Shown in pieces: positions 22,240 through 35,296 of a DNA stretch of 64,000 bases (position 1 is the first letter of the stretch; each line of letters begins with the position of its first letter). Under the pieces are notes generated by a model. The model saw nothing but the letters and a program-made list of their open reading frames with translations, was not told where the DNA came from and made no database searches. The stretch lies in the IMG/VR virus record IMGVR_UViG_3300050821_001948, positions 32,001 through 96,000 of that record; one strand, given 5' to 3'. The position numbers were made by a program, and so were the translations under genes. This DNA is from a virus.

Positions 22240-23550
22240 ATGCCTCTATCTGCCGCACAAAAGGCCGATCTTGTCGCGAAGGCGACGACAGATGTAACTG
22301 ATGCTAACCTAGTTGTGACGAAGGCGCAAGCTGCTATTGCCGCAGCTCAGGCCGAGCTTACTGCCGCTCAGAGCGCAGTGACCGATGCTAACGCGGAGCT
22401 TGCGGCCGTGAATGCTCTCGTCGTTGATGTTCCGCCCACTCCAGTGCCGGTTCCCGTACCTGTTCCGCCGAAGCCGGTTGTCAGCCCTGATGGGTTCACG
22501 GTTTCACCAGCAACGGACGTTAATGGTGTTGTGTGGTCAATCGTGGGCACTCCTGGGACTCCTGGGGCTCAGATTGCGAAGAATGGCGTGGTTGTTCCGC
22601 CGTCGAACAACATTAAAACTCTGTATGTCAAGAGTGGTATCGTTTATTTCGAGAACAACTCGGGGATTTGGTACACGCCTGACCCTGCCGGTGTCGGAAG
22701 TTCTACTGTTGTTCCAGATCCGACCGTTGCACCTGCTCCAGCCCCCGCTCCAGTGCCGGTTCCTACACCTACGCCTACGCCGACCCCCGCACCAACGGGC
22801 ACCGTTACTTTCGGCGGCGTTACCGGAAACTTCAAGTCTAGCAAGAAAGACACCTTCAAGGCACCACTCGATCTAACTTTCTGGCAGAAGAACCGCTGGG
22901 ACGGTGGAAGCGCCAGCTCGATCACCGATGAGGCGACTAACATCCCAGGTTCACAGGCGGACAGCTCCTACTCGGAGAACAACCGTATTGGCGCGGATGG
23001 CCTTGAAATGTGGATTACACCGCAGGTTGATACCGCGTCGTTCCCTGATAAGCCATTCTGTGGCGCCCACCTGGGCGTTCGTAACGCAACAATTCTACCA
23101 GGCATGGTTGTTGAAATTGATCTGATCGTGAACGTTCTTGGCGGCGGAACTTGGTCCGGACCTGTTCTTTACCCTCGCACGAAGGCTGGTGAGATCGACT
23201 GGGCGGAGTTTGGTAATACCCGTACCAACAAGACCCCAACTGCGAACTCTCACCTGTTCAAGCAGGATTCGAGCGGCAACTGGTACCAGTACGGTCAGGA
23301 CCAGACCAGCTATCTTAATAACCCTCAGCTCGCGGACGGGAAGACCCACAAGTACCGCATCTTCTACCACGCGGATGGTAATGGTTGGTCGTTCTGGGTT
23401 GACGATAAGTCCAGCTCGAATGACAAGATCCAGGACCCTGCTGGCGTTCCTATGTCGTTCTGGTTGGAGCTTGGTGTTCCTATCGGGGAGAATCCTGGGA
23501 CGGGCGCTACTATGATCTGCTCGCGCTACGAGGAGTTCGTTCCCGCCTAG
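22240..23550 (+). CDS. GH16-like glycoside hydrolase with coiled-coil N-terminus and Pro-rich linkers
   Basis: GEIDWAE catalytic-type motif, HKYRI...SFWVD; start at 22240 chosen from the GGGAG RBS. Confidence 0.75.
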   Translation: MPLSAAQKADLVAKATTDVTDANLVVTKAQAAIAAAQAELTAAQSAVTDANAELAAVNALVVDVPPTPVPVPVPVPPKPVVSPDGFTVSPATDVNGVVWSIVGTPGTPGAQIAKNGVVVPPSNNIKTLYVKSGIVYFENNSGIWYTPDPAGVGSSTVVPDPTVAPAPAPAPVPVPTPTPTPTPAPTGTVTFGGVTGNFKSSKKDTFKAPLDLTFWQKNRWDGGSASSITDEATNIPGSQADSSYSENNRIGADGLEMWITPQVDTASFPDKPFCGAHLGVRNATILPGMVVEIDLIVNVLGGGTWSGPVLYPRTKAGEIDWAEFGNTRTNKTPTANSHLFKQDSSGNWYQYGQDQTSYLNNPQLADGKTHKYRIFYHADGNGWSFWVDDKSSSNDKIQDPAGVPMSFWLELGVPIGENPGTGATMICSRYEEFVPA

Positions 23551-26500
23551 TCAGCGCGGTGTGTAAGTACCACCACTCGAATCCGGGAAGCACCTTCCCT
23601 AGGGTCAGCACTGTTACAACATTGTCGACTATACCTAGGAGTGCCAGCGGCGTGGAAACCGTCAGGCGCCATTTAAGCGGCGCATCATTAAGACACTTCA
23701 TTATTTCCTCCCGGAACTACAAAGTTCTCACTCATCGGGATTTCATGCAGCGGGACCGCCTTGGTACCTGGCGGAATAAGCGATGCCGGAACAAGGTTCG
23801 GAAATACTTCGCACGCATTCTTATATGCCACATGATCCCGGCATAATCCACAGTCATCCTGTAGCGGTTTATGATCCGGGTATTCGGCGTGCGCGAGACG
23901 TACCATCAGCTTAGCAACAGCGCGCCGCTGTACCAGCGACATTCTATCTCCCTGAGCCATCAGACCTCGACAATCGCTACAATTTCAGACAGGTCAAGGT
24001 ACTTCGCCTTGCGACCAAATGCCGTGTGAACGATCTTGTAGCTGTTAAGCTCATTGCCCGTGCTGCCAAAGTTGTAGTCCTTGACTCGGACCTTGATTGT
24101 GGCGCCCGACTTGAAAGTGACCTTCAGCTTCTTACTCACAATGCTCCAATGAGGTTGACGGCGATATATACGAAGACGAACACGATTGCAAAGAACATGA
24201 GCCAGCCGAGAATCTTTGTAATGAGTTCCATGTCAACCCCAGGGTTGGAACTTTGGCGGGTCAGCATCCTCGCCTAGAAGCTCGGTCCGTAAAGCTTCGT
24301 CCACCATCTTGTCATAACACGGTTGACAGGTCCGGTCTAAGGCGTCCGTTAGGGTTCGACAGAAGTTACAAGGCACGCGTCTTTCTCTAGCTTGATGCTC
24401 TCTCCCGCATCCTTCACACAGTTCAGGACCGGGGGTACAGCGGAGAAGATCCCTCGCGTACATCATCTTACCCCTCTCTTTTCTTCAAGTCTCGAATGTG
24501 ATTGTCGTAACACATCAGCACTTGAGCCACTATCAAGATGGCGATTACGACCCAAATGGTAGCGAAGCACTCTAAGTCCGTCACGCTACCTCATACACTC
24601 GTGTCTCAGCGGTCTCGTTGACGTTGCGCGCCTTGAGCTTAGCCTTCAGCGGATTGGCGATTCGCCGTGCGGCCGCATCGCAGCGTTGCACTGTAATGGC
24701 GGAGCCGAGGATCGTTATTTCAATCTCCCCACGGTCGATGTGGTTCTTCACAACGTACGCAGCCTTAGACATTCTTATTCTCCTCCAGGAGTTCAACGTA
24801 ATCCGGCGAGTATAGGGCGTTAGAAACCCCGACCTCAGCGAAGTATTCGACAACCTTACCGGGGGCTTCAAACTCATCGTCAGCCTCGACTACGTATGTG
24901 TAGTGAACAGCAAAGGTCGCCATTACAGTTCCTCATCTTTCCAATACGGGTCAAACTCAATCGTCACAATCTCCGCGCTGGAGTTACACGCGGGGCACTT
25001 AAGAACTGACTTGACGTTCATCACGCGGTTTCCAAGATCCCCGGTCCACCATCGGGTCATTGGTCGGGGCTCAACAATTTCGTCCGCGCCGAATTCACAG
25101 TCGTGGTAGAACGACTCTCCGAAGATGCCGACGCCCTCATCTGGACCTTCCCAATTCCAACCTGGGGGAAGCGTCTTATTCATCACCTGATCTCACGAAA
25201 CAGGGATGGGCGAAGCTCCTCCACATAGGCTTCTTGACCGTCACTCCTGGAATACACTTCGGCAAGAAGGGTTGCCTGATGTTCTGAATCAATCGGGCCG
25301 TAGAAAATAGATTCCTCACCCATAAACTTGTCAATCCGAACCAGTCGGACGATGTAGGTCACTTTACCACCCCCTTACGGCGCGCAAAATGCCGCGACTC
25401 AGCCGCCACACGACGAGCCTCACGCTTGCTGATATTCTGATCGTGTTCAATTCGCGCAACGTCAGCCTCGAAAGATGCTTGACGAGCCTCGGCTTCCTCG
25501 CGGAGAACCGCCTTATGTATACGCTTGGCACCCTTTTTCTGCGGGCCACGAAAAATAGACATATCAATTACTCCTTAAAGATCTACGACTGCGGTGATAT
25601 CAACCCAGCGATGGTCGGCGGCGACTCTTGCCTGAACATTCACATCCAGAATTGTCTTACCGAGCGGATCAATCTTCAACGCCACGTCCTTGAGGAACTC
25701 TACCACTTCAACAACGGTTGAGGGATGACTGCGCTCAGCGTAGACCTGAGTCTTAAAGGTTAACTGTCCGCTAGAAACTGTACCCATTATTCCCCCCACT
25801 CCAAAGTGTCACGGTAGCGCTCGATGTAATCGGCCGCATTATCAAGCTTAGCCCCAAGAATCGGCGCGCTCCATGTTCCCTGATGGGCCGAAGCCTTGAA
25901 AGTCCCGTCAACGTCAATACCGAGACGAAGTTCGCTCACGCTGGGATGCATGTAGTGCGCGAGTTCCTCGATTGCCTCACGGTTGAGATGCAATACTATC
26001 ACTCGTATTCCACCACCCTCTGAATCGTGGTGTAATCAACGGTTCCATCAACTGTGTAGATATTTGTGCCCGGATTATCATTGGCGAAGTCTTCAGCCGT
26101 TTCGTATGAGTCGAATAAGAGATTCGTGATCGCGTCTTCCTCGTCCACTCCGACTAGATAAAGCGTGATCTCCATTACTTCAGCTCTCCTCTGTCGTATT
26201 GCTGAGCGGCACGGATGGCGGAATCCAGGGAATAAAGAGCCTCGCTACCCTTGTGGAATACAGCACTTCGCCCGCAGTCATCAGCATCTATGACAATCTG
26301 CTCTAGGTCGTCATAGACCTTTTCAAGCGCGTCCACCATTCCCATCAGGTCACCGTATCCGGATTACCGAGGATGTACTTCACGAGCTTGAGAACGTCAT
26401 CCAGAACTTCATCGGAGACATTACCCCAGCGCGCTGATCCACTTTCACCTGATTCGTCGTCCCACTCGATCCAAAGCGCGCCAGTTAGCTTAGGCGCTGG

Positions 26501-27706
26501 CCGATTTCTTTGGCCTAGCCAGGTTGCAAGCTGATCATAGGGCTCAGGGCTAGGCTCGTTAGCCGCTGATACCGGATAGAACCTATAATCGCCCCAGAGG
26601 ACCATACAAGTCTCATCGTCCTTCCACCCAGTAACTCTACCGAGGGTAGGAACGTCCCTGTCATCATCGTTGCGGATAACAAGCTGCCCGATATCCATTA
26701 GACCTCCAACCATTGTGCCACGTTATTGATCCAGCGCCGCACCAGAGTCATACTAGCAGCGTCAATCTTCCAGCTTGCCACGCCGCCGTTAAGGTCTAGA
26801 CCGTGCGGGTATTCAGCCTCTACGCCTTGGAACTCCGTGAGGTAGTAATTACCGCCCGTGAACTGCCCACCCGATCCAGGGAAGGTGTCATGGTAGCGGC
26901 GGTCATAGAAGCTAATCGTGGGTGTCTCATCGGTCGGGTTCATATGTGGCTGGTTAGGTCCGACACGGATCACGGCGCGGAACGGTACACCGCTGCTGTT
27001 ATTAAAGTCGAACGTCCACTCGTTCACGCTACTCACTTGAAGAACTCCTCGACGTCCAGGAATTGAACCGACTTAACTACCAGCTTCATGGGCTCTTGAA
27101 AATCGTCCACTAGCGGCTGATCGTCAGCGAGCCAGAAGTAATCCCCCGACCCGGCGCTGTAACAGTCACCGCTGATAGTGGAGATCGCAATGGCTTGAAT
27201 GCCGCACCTCTCACACTCTTTCATGTTCTTAGGTGTTGCCAGCATGAACGTCCTCCAGGTTCTCATAGATCTTGAAGTCTGCGTGTTGTCTCGTGCGGAA
27301 TGACTTGATCGGCTTGAGCGCTGCGATGAACTGCTCGACAGTAGCATCGTCGCGCCTGTAGTCGTACCGGCAACGCGGGTCGGCACCTTCGATCAAGTCC
27401 ATGAGCTTCGCCGCTGCACGAACCGGCTTAGGCCAGTAAGCCCAACCGTCGCTGTTGCGGTTAGTCCAGTTATAGAGGCTCAAGAGCGTCCGTGTTGCTG
27501 GGCCAAGAACGGGATGCCGCTCATAGTGTTCCGCTGAGTCTAATATCTCATAACCATTCATATAACGCATGAGACAACTCCAAATCTGAGTAGCAACGGA
27601 CGTTTCTAGTGGCAGCGAAAGCTTTGATTTGACAGGGGCGTTATGCTCGATATACCGATGCCGACCAATCACCGCAGGCAGAGCGGTTACGACCCTCACA
27701 TAACGA

Positions 27707-27961
27707 CTAGAAACGAACGTTTCCGCTAGACTGTTTCAGTAGCTCTAGCAAGGTCGATTGATACTCTTGATCGGCTAGAAGTTCAGCGCGAGGGCGATGC
27801 TGGTTCTTTTTGACAAACGCTTCCCGCTTACCTTCGGGTGATTGTGCTTCACGGTAGCGGCGTACGAGATCATCGGATACGCGGCCTTGTGTCCCGCAGA
27901 ATAACCCTTGCTCCCGCGCCCACATGCGAATAAGCATCGTTTCTGTGCGCTTTACTGTCAT
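27707..27961 (-). CDS. lsr2: Lsr2-like DNA-binding protein
   Basis: IRMWAREQG...GRV...LV..Y matches the Lsr2 C-terminal domain. Confidence 0.7.
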   Translation of the reverse strand: MTVKRTETMLIRMWAREQGLFCGTQGRVSDDLVRRYREAQSPEGKREAFVKKNQHRPRAELLADQEYQSTLLELLKQSSGNVRF

Positions 27962-30183
27962 TTGCGGCCTTAATTTGTGCTATACGGACATTAACGGGGT
28001 TCAATTGACAGTACTTTGACTACCTTCGGCGTTAGTTGCGCGCGCTCAGGTGCGAATTCTGCCACCTTATGCTCATCGCAGCATCTAACCTTAACGGTTT
28101 CTCCTCCACCCCACCTTAGCGGCAAGTAGTGCCGCTCCACGATGTAGTGTGCGGGCTTACGGCACGGAAACCATTCACATACACTGTAAGGCAGCATAGT
28201 TATCTCCTAAGACGCTTATGAGAACGAAACGTCGATCGAATCTTCATTGATCGCCGCGACATATCCCATGATGACTTGACTGTCTGACGTTGTGACTTCG
28301 ACGTCTTCACCTACGGTGTGACTTACAGCGTCCGGCGTACGCCAGAATAGGGTAGCGTCGCTGCATTGAACTTCCTCGATGTCGTATGCGGTGGCTGCGG
28401 TCTGGAGTTTCAGCATTACTTATACCTCAACAATTCTTGAATAGCCTCGACGTCATCGCGGTTAATGTTCAGCCACTTAGTCTCTTTAGCTCCGGTGATC
28501 TTAAGGTGGAACCAATCCTCACCATGGGCTGGCCCAGCTTGTAGGACACGATCAATCTGCGCCGTCTCGTAATGCAAGGACTCATGTCCTAGCGGTGACG
28601 CGGGGAGCTTGTCACTCATCGTCACCCTCCAGGTCACTGAATGCCTTGTCAACGCGGACGGCATAGCCAGCTTCGGCGGCGCGGTGGATAAGCACCTGTA
28701 GGTCCATCGCAATGAGCTTCAGCGCGTCCATGGTGGGCTCATAGAATCCCTCAGCCTCAGCCGCACCTTGAGCGTTGATAGCGAGCCATGTCGTGACCCG
28801 ATCGTAGGTGTACGGCAGGAGCGAATCAACGTCGAGCGCGTCGCAGGCATCGTCCCAGCTATCGTATTCGTTAACCGTGATCTCGATGGCGTCCACGAGC
28901 TTGAATCCCTGCTCAGCAAACGGGAAATCGAGTGCCTCGCCAATAGCCGTACGAATCGGATTTCCCATGATTACTCACAATCCATGTCAGGATGTCCGGG
29001 GTACCGGATGTATGTGCAGCCCGCGTTCGGCATGCCAAAGTCTGCCAGCGGGGAATAGCACGCGCGCTCAGAGATTGTAGCCGTTCCATCGCGGAGCGTG
29101 GAGTCTTCACCACCATCAACGATTAGGCGCCCGGAATAGTAGCGTTCACGATCATCGTCAAACATCTCGAACTTGAAGACACGGACATCATTCGTGATCG
29201 TTATGTGGGTATTCTTAGGGTTTAGCAGTGAAATCATCCAGTCAGGCGCATCTTCAGGTCCACAAACACCAGCCGCGTTATCTGTTTCAAGACAGTCATA
29301 CTGTTCGGCTAAATGATCCTTGTCAATGATCCAGCAGTACATTCATGTCTCCTATTCGCTCGGCGGAATCCAAACGATCCCCCAGGACTCAGGGCCGCTA
29401 TCGTCGGTATCGTCCAGCGGCGATGGATAGACTTCCACTGCGCAATAGATCCCAGGTGTTTCAAGGATGTCACGTGCAAGGCGACCGCCGATATATTCAC
29501 TGGAGTGCATCTCCGGGCCGTTGTATCCATGCTGGCCGGTGTATCCGTAGGTGAACCACATCCAATCGCCGTACAATTCCTCTAGTTCCCAGTGGTCCGG
29601 GGAGATCTCGGAGGTATAAACGTTCGGCGCGTAAAGGTTACGAACCTCAACCACGCTACCGTCCTGGCAGACCTGAATCACTCTATCGAATTCCATAACG
29701 TCGCTCAGGTTCTCAGGCGTGACGTTATCAATTGGCAGGATATCGGTCATGTGAGCGTTTCTCCTAAACGTCGTGTTTCCACTCGTAGAATGTCTGGGAT
29801 GCTGAATCGGCATGGTCGCCGCACGCGGTTGTCCAGTAGGGATAGCGGCTGGCCGGTACGTCATACCGTTCACCGCGCCACGGTTCGCCATCATCATATG
29901 TGACTAGGCTGAATGACTCATACTCGCGGATGTCGAATGCTAGCGGCACAATTCGGCCGGTCTTGCAAAACTCGCACGGCCCATAGGTGATGTTAGTGCG
30001 GAATCCTTCACCTTCCCACTTAAACAGGTGGGGCTCGATCATCACTAGCGTCTCATTCATTCGCTCAGCGGCGACCATCGACGTGAGGTTGTGAACGTCC
30101 ATCTCGTAAACCCAACCGTCGCGCGGCCGGGTAATCTTGAGGGTTAGCACAACGGTTTCCTCTCCTAAACGGATGAGGATACA

Positions 30184-30241
30184 AATAACGGCGTGAGCTT
30201 TGTCCGGGCTATAGGGTGAGCCGGATCGTCTTCACGCCGTT
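30184..30241 (-). terminator. Long stem-loop (terminator or processing site)
   Basis: AACGGCGTGA...TCACGCCGTT stem in an intergenic gap. Confidence 0.5.
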
Positions 30242-31011
30242 ACTAATATCCTCATCGGCAGATGGTTGAGTGTAGCCTACTCCGGGGCGATCCACTCCCT
30301 GTTGCCAGTCTCAACAAACCTAGCGAGGGCGTGGGCCGCGACTGCGCGTGTTTGGAACGCGTGGCGCCTACCGTCGAACGGTTCACCCGTGGGGACCGCA
30401 ATCCACACACGGGAGGGATCGACACGCGCAACCTTGCCAATGTATCGCAGGGTCGATAGCTTGTCAGTGACCAAGTAGATACCGTCCGCGTTTCCTACCT
30501 TTGTGTAGGTATACAGGCTTTTCATTTAATATCTCCGCGCATGCGTAGTTCTTCATAGATTGCTTGTGCGGTTTCAAGGTCTAGCATGAGTACTAAGCGT
30601 GCAAGTTCGTAGTCTGTGGTGCCATTGATCTGGTTGGCAATCTGCCGCGCGTGAGTCTCGTCCATTACTCTACCCCTTCGGTTTCACACCATTCTGAATA
30701 GGCAACGTCGATACGGTCGTATTCCGCCTGCGCGGTCTCAATCGTCTCATATCGTACGCAGTAAACGAATCCTTGATCGTTGGAGGATACGAGGTAAACA
30801 CCCCACGGAATGGTCACGGTTACAGAGGCGTCGGCGTATGGGTCGATATCCTCGACCTGATCGACCTCAAACACCAATGGCGTGGTGCACCATACTCCGA
30901 AGTCGGAGCTTCCGGTGTAGTCATTCTCGTCCATCGCAAACGAATACAGACATTCAGCTAGGCAGCTATCGAATTTCGCCAAATGTCCCTGACATCCGGG
31001 GTTGTCACACT

Positions 31012-31176
31012 TCATCGCTTACCCCTTAGGAGGTTAATCAGGCGGCTAAACAGTCGCGGGCGCTTGTAGCGGTCACACCGGCAGTACCAGAGTCCAACCT
31101 TTGCGGAGCAATGCGTACCAGAATGGTAGTACTGATGCGCCACCTTAGGGTGGTTACACGTCCAACAATTCGGCAT
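31012..31176 (-). CDS. Small Cys/His-rich protein (54 aa, not in ORF track)
   Basis: MPNCWTCNHPKVAH...CRCDRY; AAGGA RBS with ACACTCAC motif; ATGA overlap with next gene. Confidence 0.6.
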   Translation of the reverse strand: MPNCWTCNHPKVAHQYYHSGTHCSAKVGLWYCRCDRYKRPRLFSRLINLLRGKR

Positions 31177-31641
31177 AGTGAGTGTTTCCTTCCCTTACTT
31201 GCGGGGTGTTAGCGCCATTACAACCATTAGCATCCAGGTTAGCTGCATGCACCTATTAAGAATGACGCCAAACTCGGTTAGGTTTGAGATGAATCGTTTC
31301 ACGGTTAGGACTCGTCAAGGAGGTAAAGCTTACCCTGATGCTGAGTCGTGGTCACGCTGAACTTTTGCGTTACCCTGTGTACGGTTCCATCCTTGAGAAC
31401 CCAGGCGATAGGCGTGTTATAGCTATACACAACGTAGGTGATACCTAACCGCTGCATACGGAATGCCTCAAGGTCTTCGCCTGACAATCGGCCGCTATCC
31501 CACACGTTTAGGCCATTGACGTTCTCAGCGCGCAATGCACCGTAGGTTGTCACATTCTCGCGTCGGCCAATGGCTTGAGCACATTCGCGCGACTTACTGG
31601 CAATCTTAGGCATGATATCCCCTTAGGTTGTCTAGTATCGC

Positions 31642-31682
31642 AAAAAGCCGCATTAGGGACACTCACGAACCCTAATGCGGCC
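31642..31682 (-). terminator. Intrinsic terminator
   Basis: GCCGCATTAGGG/CCCTAATGCGGC stem with T-run on the minus strand. Confidence 0.65.
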
Positions 31683-33280
31683 ATTAACGATACTAGCTTA
31701 GGTGCAAGAAACAGTCCAATTCTTCACAAGCTTGGGACCATTCGTCCCGATTGTCTTCGGTTGGGTTGGCCGTGTAAACATCCCAGGCCACCTTAGCAGC
31801 CTCACTAGCTTCGGTGATACTCATGCGGCCGTGACCATTCCCCAGGGTGAAACGCTCAAGTTGTGGTCGTGAGCGGCGCGCAAAGCGTCCTGTTTCGTGG
31901 CGAACGTCTCAGGCTCATCGCTCAGCGGAACAATTCTGTCTCCGACCGCGAATGAGTAAGTGTGGTTACGAGGGTCAAAGGCTAACTCCATGGGAATCAT
32001 CCCCTATTGTGCGATTATGGGCGATCCTGTCGTTTAGGTAATCGGCGGTCGATGTTCAGTAAAGCAAAGCCTCGTGGCAAAGGTCACAAACAGCCTCGTC
32101 GGAGCCTTCGTCAATGTCGAATACCGGCGTAATGAGGTTACCTTCGGTGTCTTTAGGTGACAATCCGATGCAATCAAAGTCGCCAGGCAAACGGTAGGTT
32201 TCACAAAGGCACGCAATGTGCCATACTGCGGCGTCGGCAGTCCAGCCGATAATAAACATGGCTACGCCTTTCTCCTATGGAATGCGTCACCATGAATCGC
32301 GCACCGATTATCGTGGTGCAGTGGTGAGTGCTTATCCGTGGAAAAGGCGGCATCCAACCGATGCCACTCGGCGCAAATCTGCTCCGGTGTCGCCTTGTGA
32401 AAGTCCAGCGCGCCATATGACACGCGGGGAGCGTTATCAAGTACGTTAGACATGAGAATCCTCCTCAGGCATCCTAGTGAAAATTGGCGCACGTGAACAC
32501 CCTAGGACCGGACCAATGTCATCGACCCTAGGGAAAGGTAAGTCTCCAGGTATGTTAGCTGGCTCATATCGCTCGCGGCGATTTGTTGGGGTCCAGTGTC
32601 ATATGGAGACTAGAGACACGCCGGGTAATGCTCCCGGAATCCACTGTGATATCGTGGACGTAACTTTACCGTGCCGCCCTGCTATCACCTTTTTGGTGTG
32701 GTGACATAACACAGAGAGTCGATGTTATTTCGGCATCGCTTATCGGGACTTAATCCCGAATCATCGCGGATTCCCTTTTCAGGTGACCATATTCTCATTA
32801 TCCATGCGCGTGGCGCATTAACCTAGAGGATTGCTAGGTGGCTTAGGTCTGGCATGTAGTAAACCATCCTACCGTTTCAAGGATAGGCGACCTACTCCAC
32901 ACCAGAGGCTTTAAGGGAGGGTGACCGGGCACCATCCGTACTTGAATAGTCGCCACGTGAGCGTGATTCTGCTCTAACGTGAATCGACTAAAAACGTCCG
33001 TTTGCGTCGCATTCCGTATGCGTCGCGCCGTTGTCTCACTCATATAGGAACGCTGAACCGCGTTCTGCGCCGTGATTCTCGTATCAATTTGCAGCACCGC
33101 TGCGCCCTAGCTCCGCTCCCGCGTGAACTACTGCACCATGACTGTGCACACATGCGCCGCGCGCTTACCGCGCTTCGCTCGCACGCTCCGTCTCTCACTT
33201 AATAAGGAACGCTGCCCCCGGACATCCGCCACAATCCGCCGAGATATTTTCGATTCACTCTAATGGGCTAATCGTGATAC

Positions 33281-33334
33281 AAAAAAAGGGGCGGACACGC
33301 GAGACCTGTCTAAGCGTCTCAGCGTGTCCGCCCC
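33281..33334 (-). terminator. Intrinsic terminator after 33347..34279
   Basis: GGGGCGGACACGC/GCGTGTCCGCCCC stem plus T7 on the minus strand. Confidence 0.8.
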
Positions 33335-33346
33335 GTGGCGAACCTG

Positions 33347-34279
33347 TCACACTCCAACTAGCTCCCGCATATCGAGCACACTCTCGTGCTCGATGGTTGC
33401 GGCGTACTCCGCGTGTGCCCGTTCGATCACCTTGAGACGCGCCGTAGCGGAGTGGTTACCGTACAGAGCGTCCGCCGCGCGTCCTACGGCGCTATCACAC
33501 AGTGCCAGCGCAGCTAGTGCCGGATTGACTAGCGTGCCCTTAGCGTTGACGTCGAGCGCCGCACCGATCACGCCGCGCGCCGCGTGAGACTGTGACACGT
33601 ACGTCGGCGCGCTCCCCTCTTGCTTGGGCAAGTCTGCGCCGCGCATGTTGACGTGACTCACGTCCTGCCGGACGTATGTCTCTCCATCGCCAGACGGAAC
33701 GTATGACTGACCGCGCGCAGCGTGCTTGGCAGCGTCCCGCGTACCCTTGATCGCAGAATGTCCTACCGTTGTCCTACGCACTCCGTCACGCGCGGCGCAC
33801 GCTACTAGGTACCGTGTAACCGATTCTGCGCCGCGCTCGTCGTGAATCCTTGCGCACACTTCCGCCCGTGACATGTACGCGCGTAGCGCACGCTCCGCGT
33901 TCGGTTCGTCACGCTCCACGGCTGAGGCAAGATCGTCCCATGATTCCGTGGCGTAGTGCGCGAGGATCAAGACCGCTTCGCTTACCGCGTCGTTCATTGC
34001 ATCATGCTGCGGCTGCGCCATGCCAGACGCGCGGATACCGGCGCGCACGTACTGCCGAGCGGATTGACCCGTACCGTTGATCGTCCCCGCGTTGCCGTGA
34101 ACGCGCCGCGCAACCAACACGCGCAACATGGCGTAGTCACTCTGCGTGATTCCGCACCATGTCCACGTGTCGACTAGCGCCGTGTCGTCATCGCCTTGCG
34201 CGTACGTGCTCGGCCTGTCTTCCGGCGTGGCCTGTAGTTCAGCCGCGCGGATCAATTCGTCGTGCGTGCGTGTAGTCAT
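33347..34279 (-). CDS. Pre-early protein, possibly a divergent sigma-factor-like protein
   Basis: Long ORF; DAMNDAVSEAVL and RYLVACAARDGVRR resemble sigma region 2; start chosen at the ACACTCAC-associated ATG. Confidence 0.55.
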   Translation of the reverse strand: MTTRTHDELIRAAELQATPEDRPSTYAQGDDDTALVDTWTWCGITQSDYAMLRVLVARRVHGNAGTINGTGQSARQYVRAGIRASGMAQPQHDAMNDAVSEAVLILAHYATESWDDLASAVERDEPNAERALRAYMSRAEVCARIHDERGAESVTRYLVACAARDGVRRTTVGHSAIKGTRDAAKHAARGQSYVPSGDGETYVRQDVSHVNMRGADLPKQEGSAPTYVSQSHAARGVIGAALDVNAKGTLVNPALAALALCDSAVGRAADALYGNHSATARLKVIERAHAEYAATIEHESVLDMRELVGV

Positions 34280-34372
34280 GTGAGTGTTTCCAATCGTGAG
34301 TGTTTGCTTGTCCCGATTAGACAGGCAACGAAACGCGCCGAACGTGTCGACGCGCAACGCAACCTAGCTAAG

Positions 34373-34678
34373 CTACTTCACTAGGCGAAGATTCCACCTT
34401 AGGTGTTTATTCATCGCGGCGTAATTGACTCCCGCCCGTGCATGGAATGCGGGGGAAGTAATCGACTCAAGGCGGTTAATCGCCTGCGCGGCCGAACAGA
34501 TTGAATCGTCCGGGCCGTACTCCGCGATTAGGTGTACTTTCACGTTTCCGCGTGTGGCGATAAGGTCCCGTAGGATTCCGAGGATTACCGTCGTTTGTGC
34601 TGATTCGCGCTTGATATAGCCGGTAGTTCTGACCGGAATAAGGCTAACCTTAGTGCCGGGTAGCAGTCTGGCAGTCAT
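34373..34678 (-). CDS. Hypothetical pre-early protein
   Basis: GAAAGG RBS with ACACTCAC motif. Confidence 0.6.
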   Translation of the reverse strand: MTARLLPGTKVSLIPVRTTGYIKRESAQTTVILGILRDLIATRGNVKVHLIAEYGPDDSICSAAQAINRLESITSPAFHARAGVNYAAMNKHLRWNLRLVK

Positions 34679-34752
34679 GGCCGTAGCCTTTCTTTGTGAG
34701 TGTTTAGGATGACAAGGAACGACACGCGCGCGGCGTGCCGAACCTAGAGACA

Positions 34753-35202
34753 CTAAACGTAGTGCGGTGTGTGTACTCCATCCTTCGCTGTGTAGTCATC
34801 GCAGGATTCGCACGGGCGAGGATTCGCGTACTCTAGAGCCTCGGCCAACGTGAACGCATAGCCGGACATTCCGCCGTACATTCCCTTACCGTGCTCGTCC
34901 ACGCCTGCGAACGCTTCGCGCGTGCCATTGTCGGCGTACACGTACTCCGGCCATTCAACCGTTTCCGCCTCTGTGATCGCCGCGTCAAGCTGCGCGCGCA
35001 ATTCCCTAGCCTCTGCGACTGTGTACCAGAGGTGAAAACGCTTGTCCGTTTCGCCGTTACCCTGCGACACGTAGACGCACACTGTCGGATCGCTGATATC
35101 CGAGCCCGCGTATCCGTCAATACCGGCATGACCTTTATTACCGTCCGATGACGTCCGAACGTAAACCGCCGTGCCGCGTGCAAGGTTCGATTGTGTGCCC
35201 AT
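34753..35202 (-). CDS. Hypothetical pre-early protein
   Basis: GAAAGGAAACACTCAC directly before the ATG. Confidence 0.65.
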   Translation of the reverse strand: MGTQSNLARGTAVYVRTSSDGNKGHAGIDGYAGSDISDPTVCVYVSQGNGETDKRFHLWYTVAEARELRAQLDAAITEAETVEWPEYVYADNGTREAFAGVDEHGKGMYGGMSGYAFTLAEALEYANPRPCESCDDYTAKDGVHTPHYV

Positions 35203-35296
35203 GGTGAGTGTTTCCTTTCGTGAGTGAGTGGCAACGGACGTTGCCATCGTGCGCCGTGTCGGAATCGAACCGGCTTAAACCGTTCGGCGCTGTGAA

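Larger units (their letters stand above)
23510..33200 (-). other. Second array of small leftward hypothetical genes (early/pre-early type)
   Basis: Coupled short acidic ORFs (e.g. 24923..25186, 26345..26713, 26698..27036, 28612..28968, 28971..29342, 29764..30150, 30665..31015, 31305..31613, 32056..32259). Confidence 0.75.
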
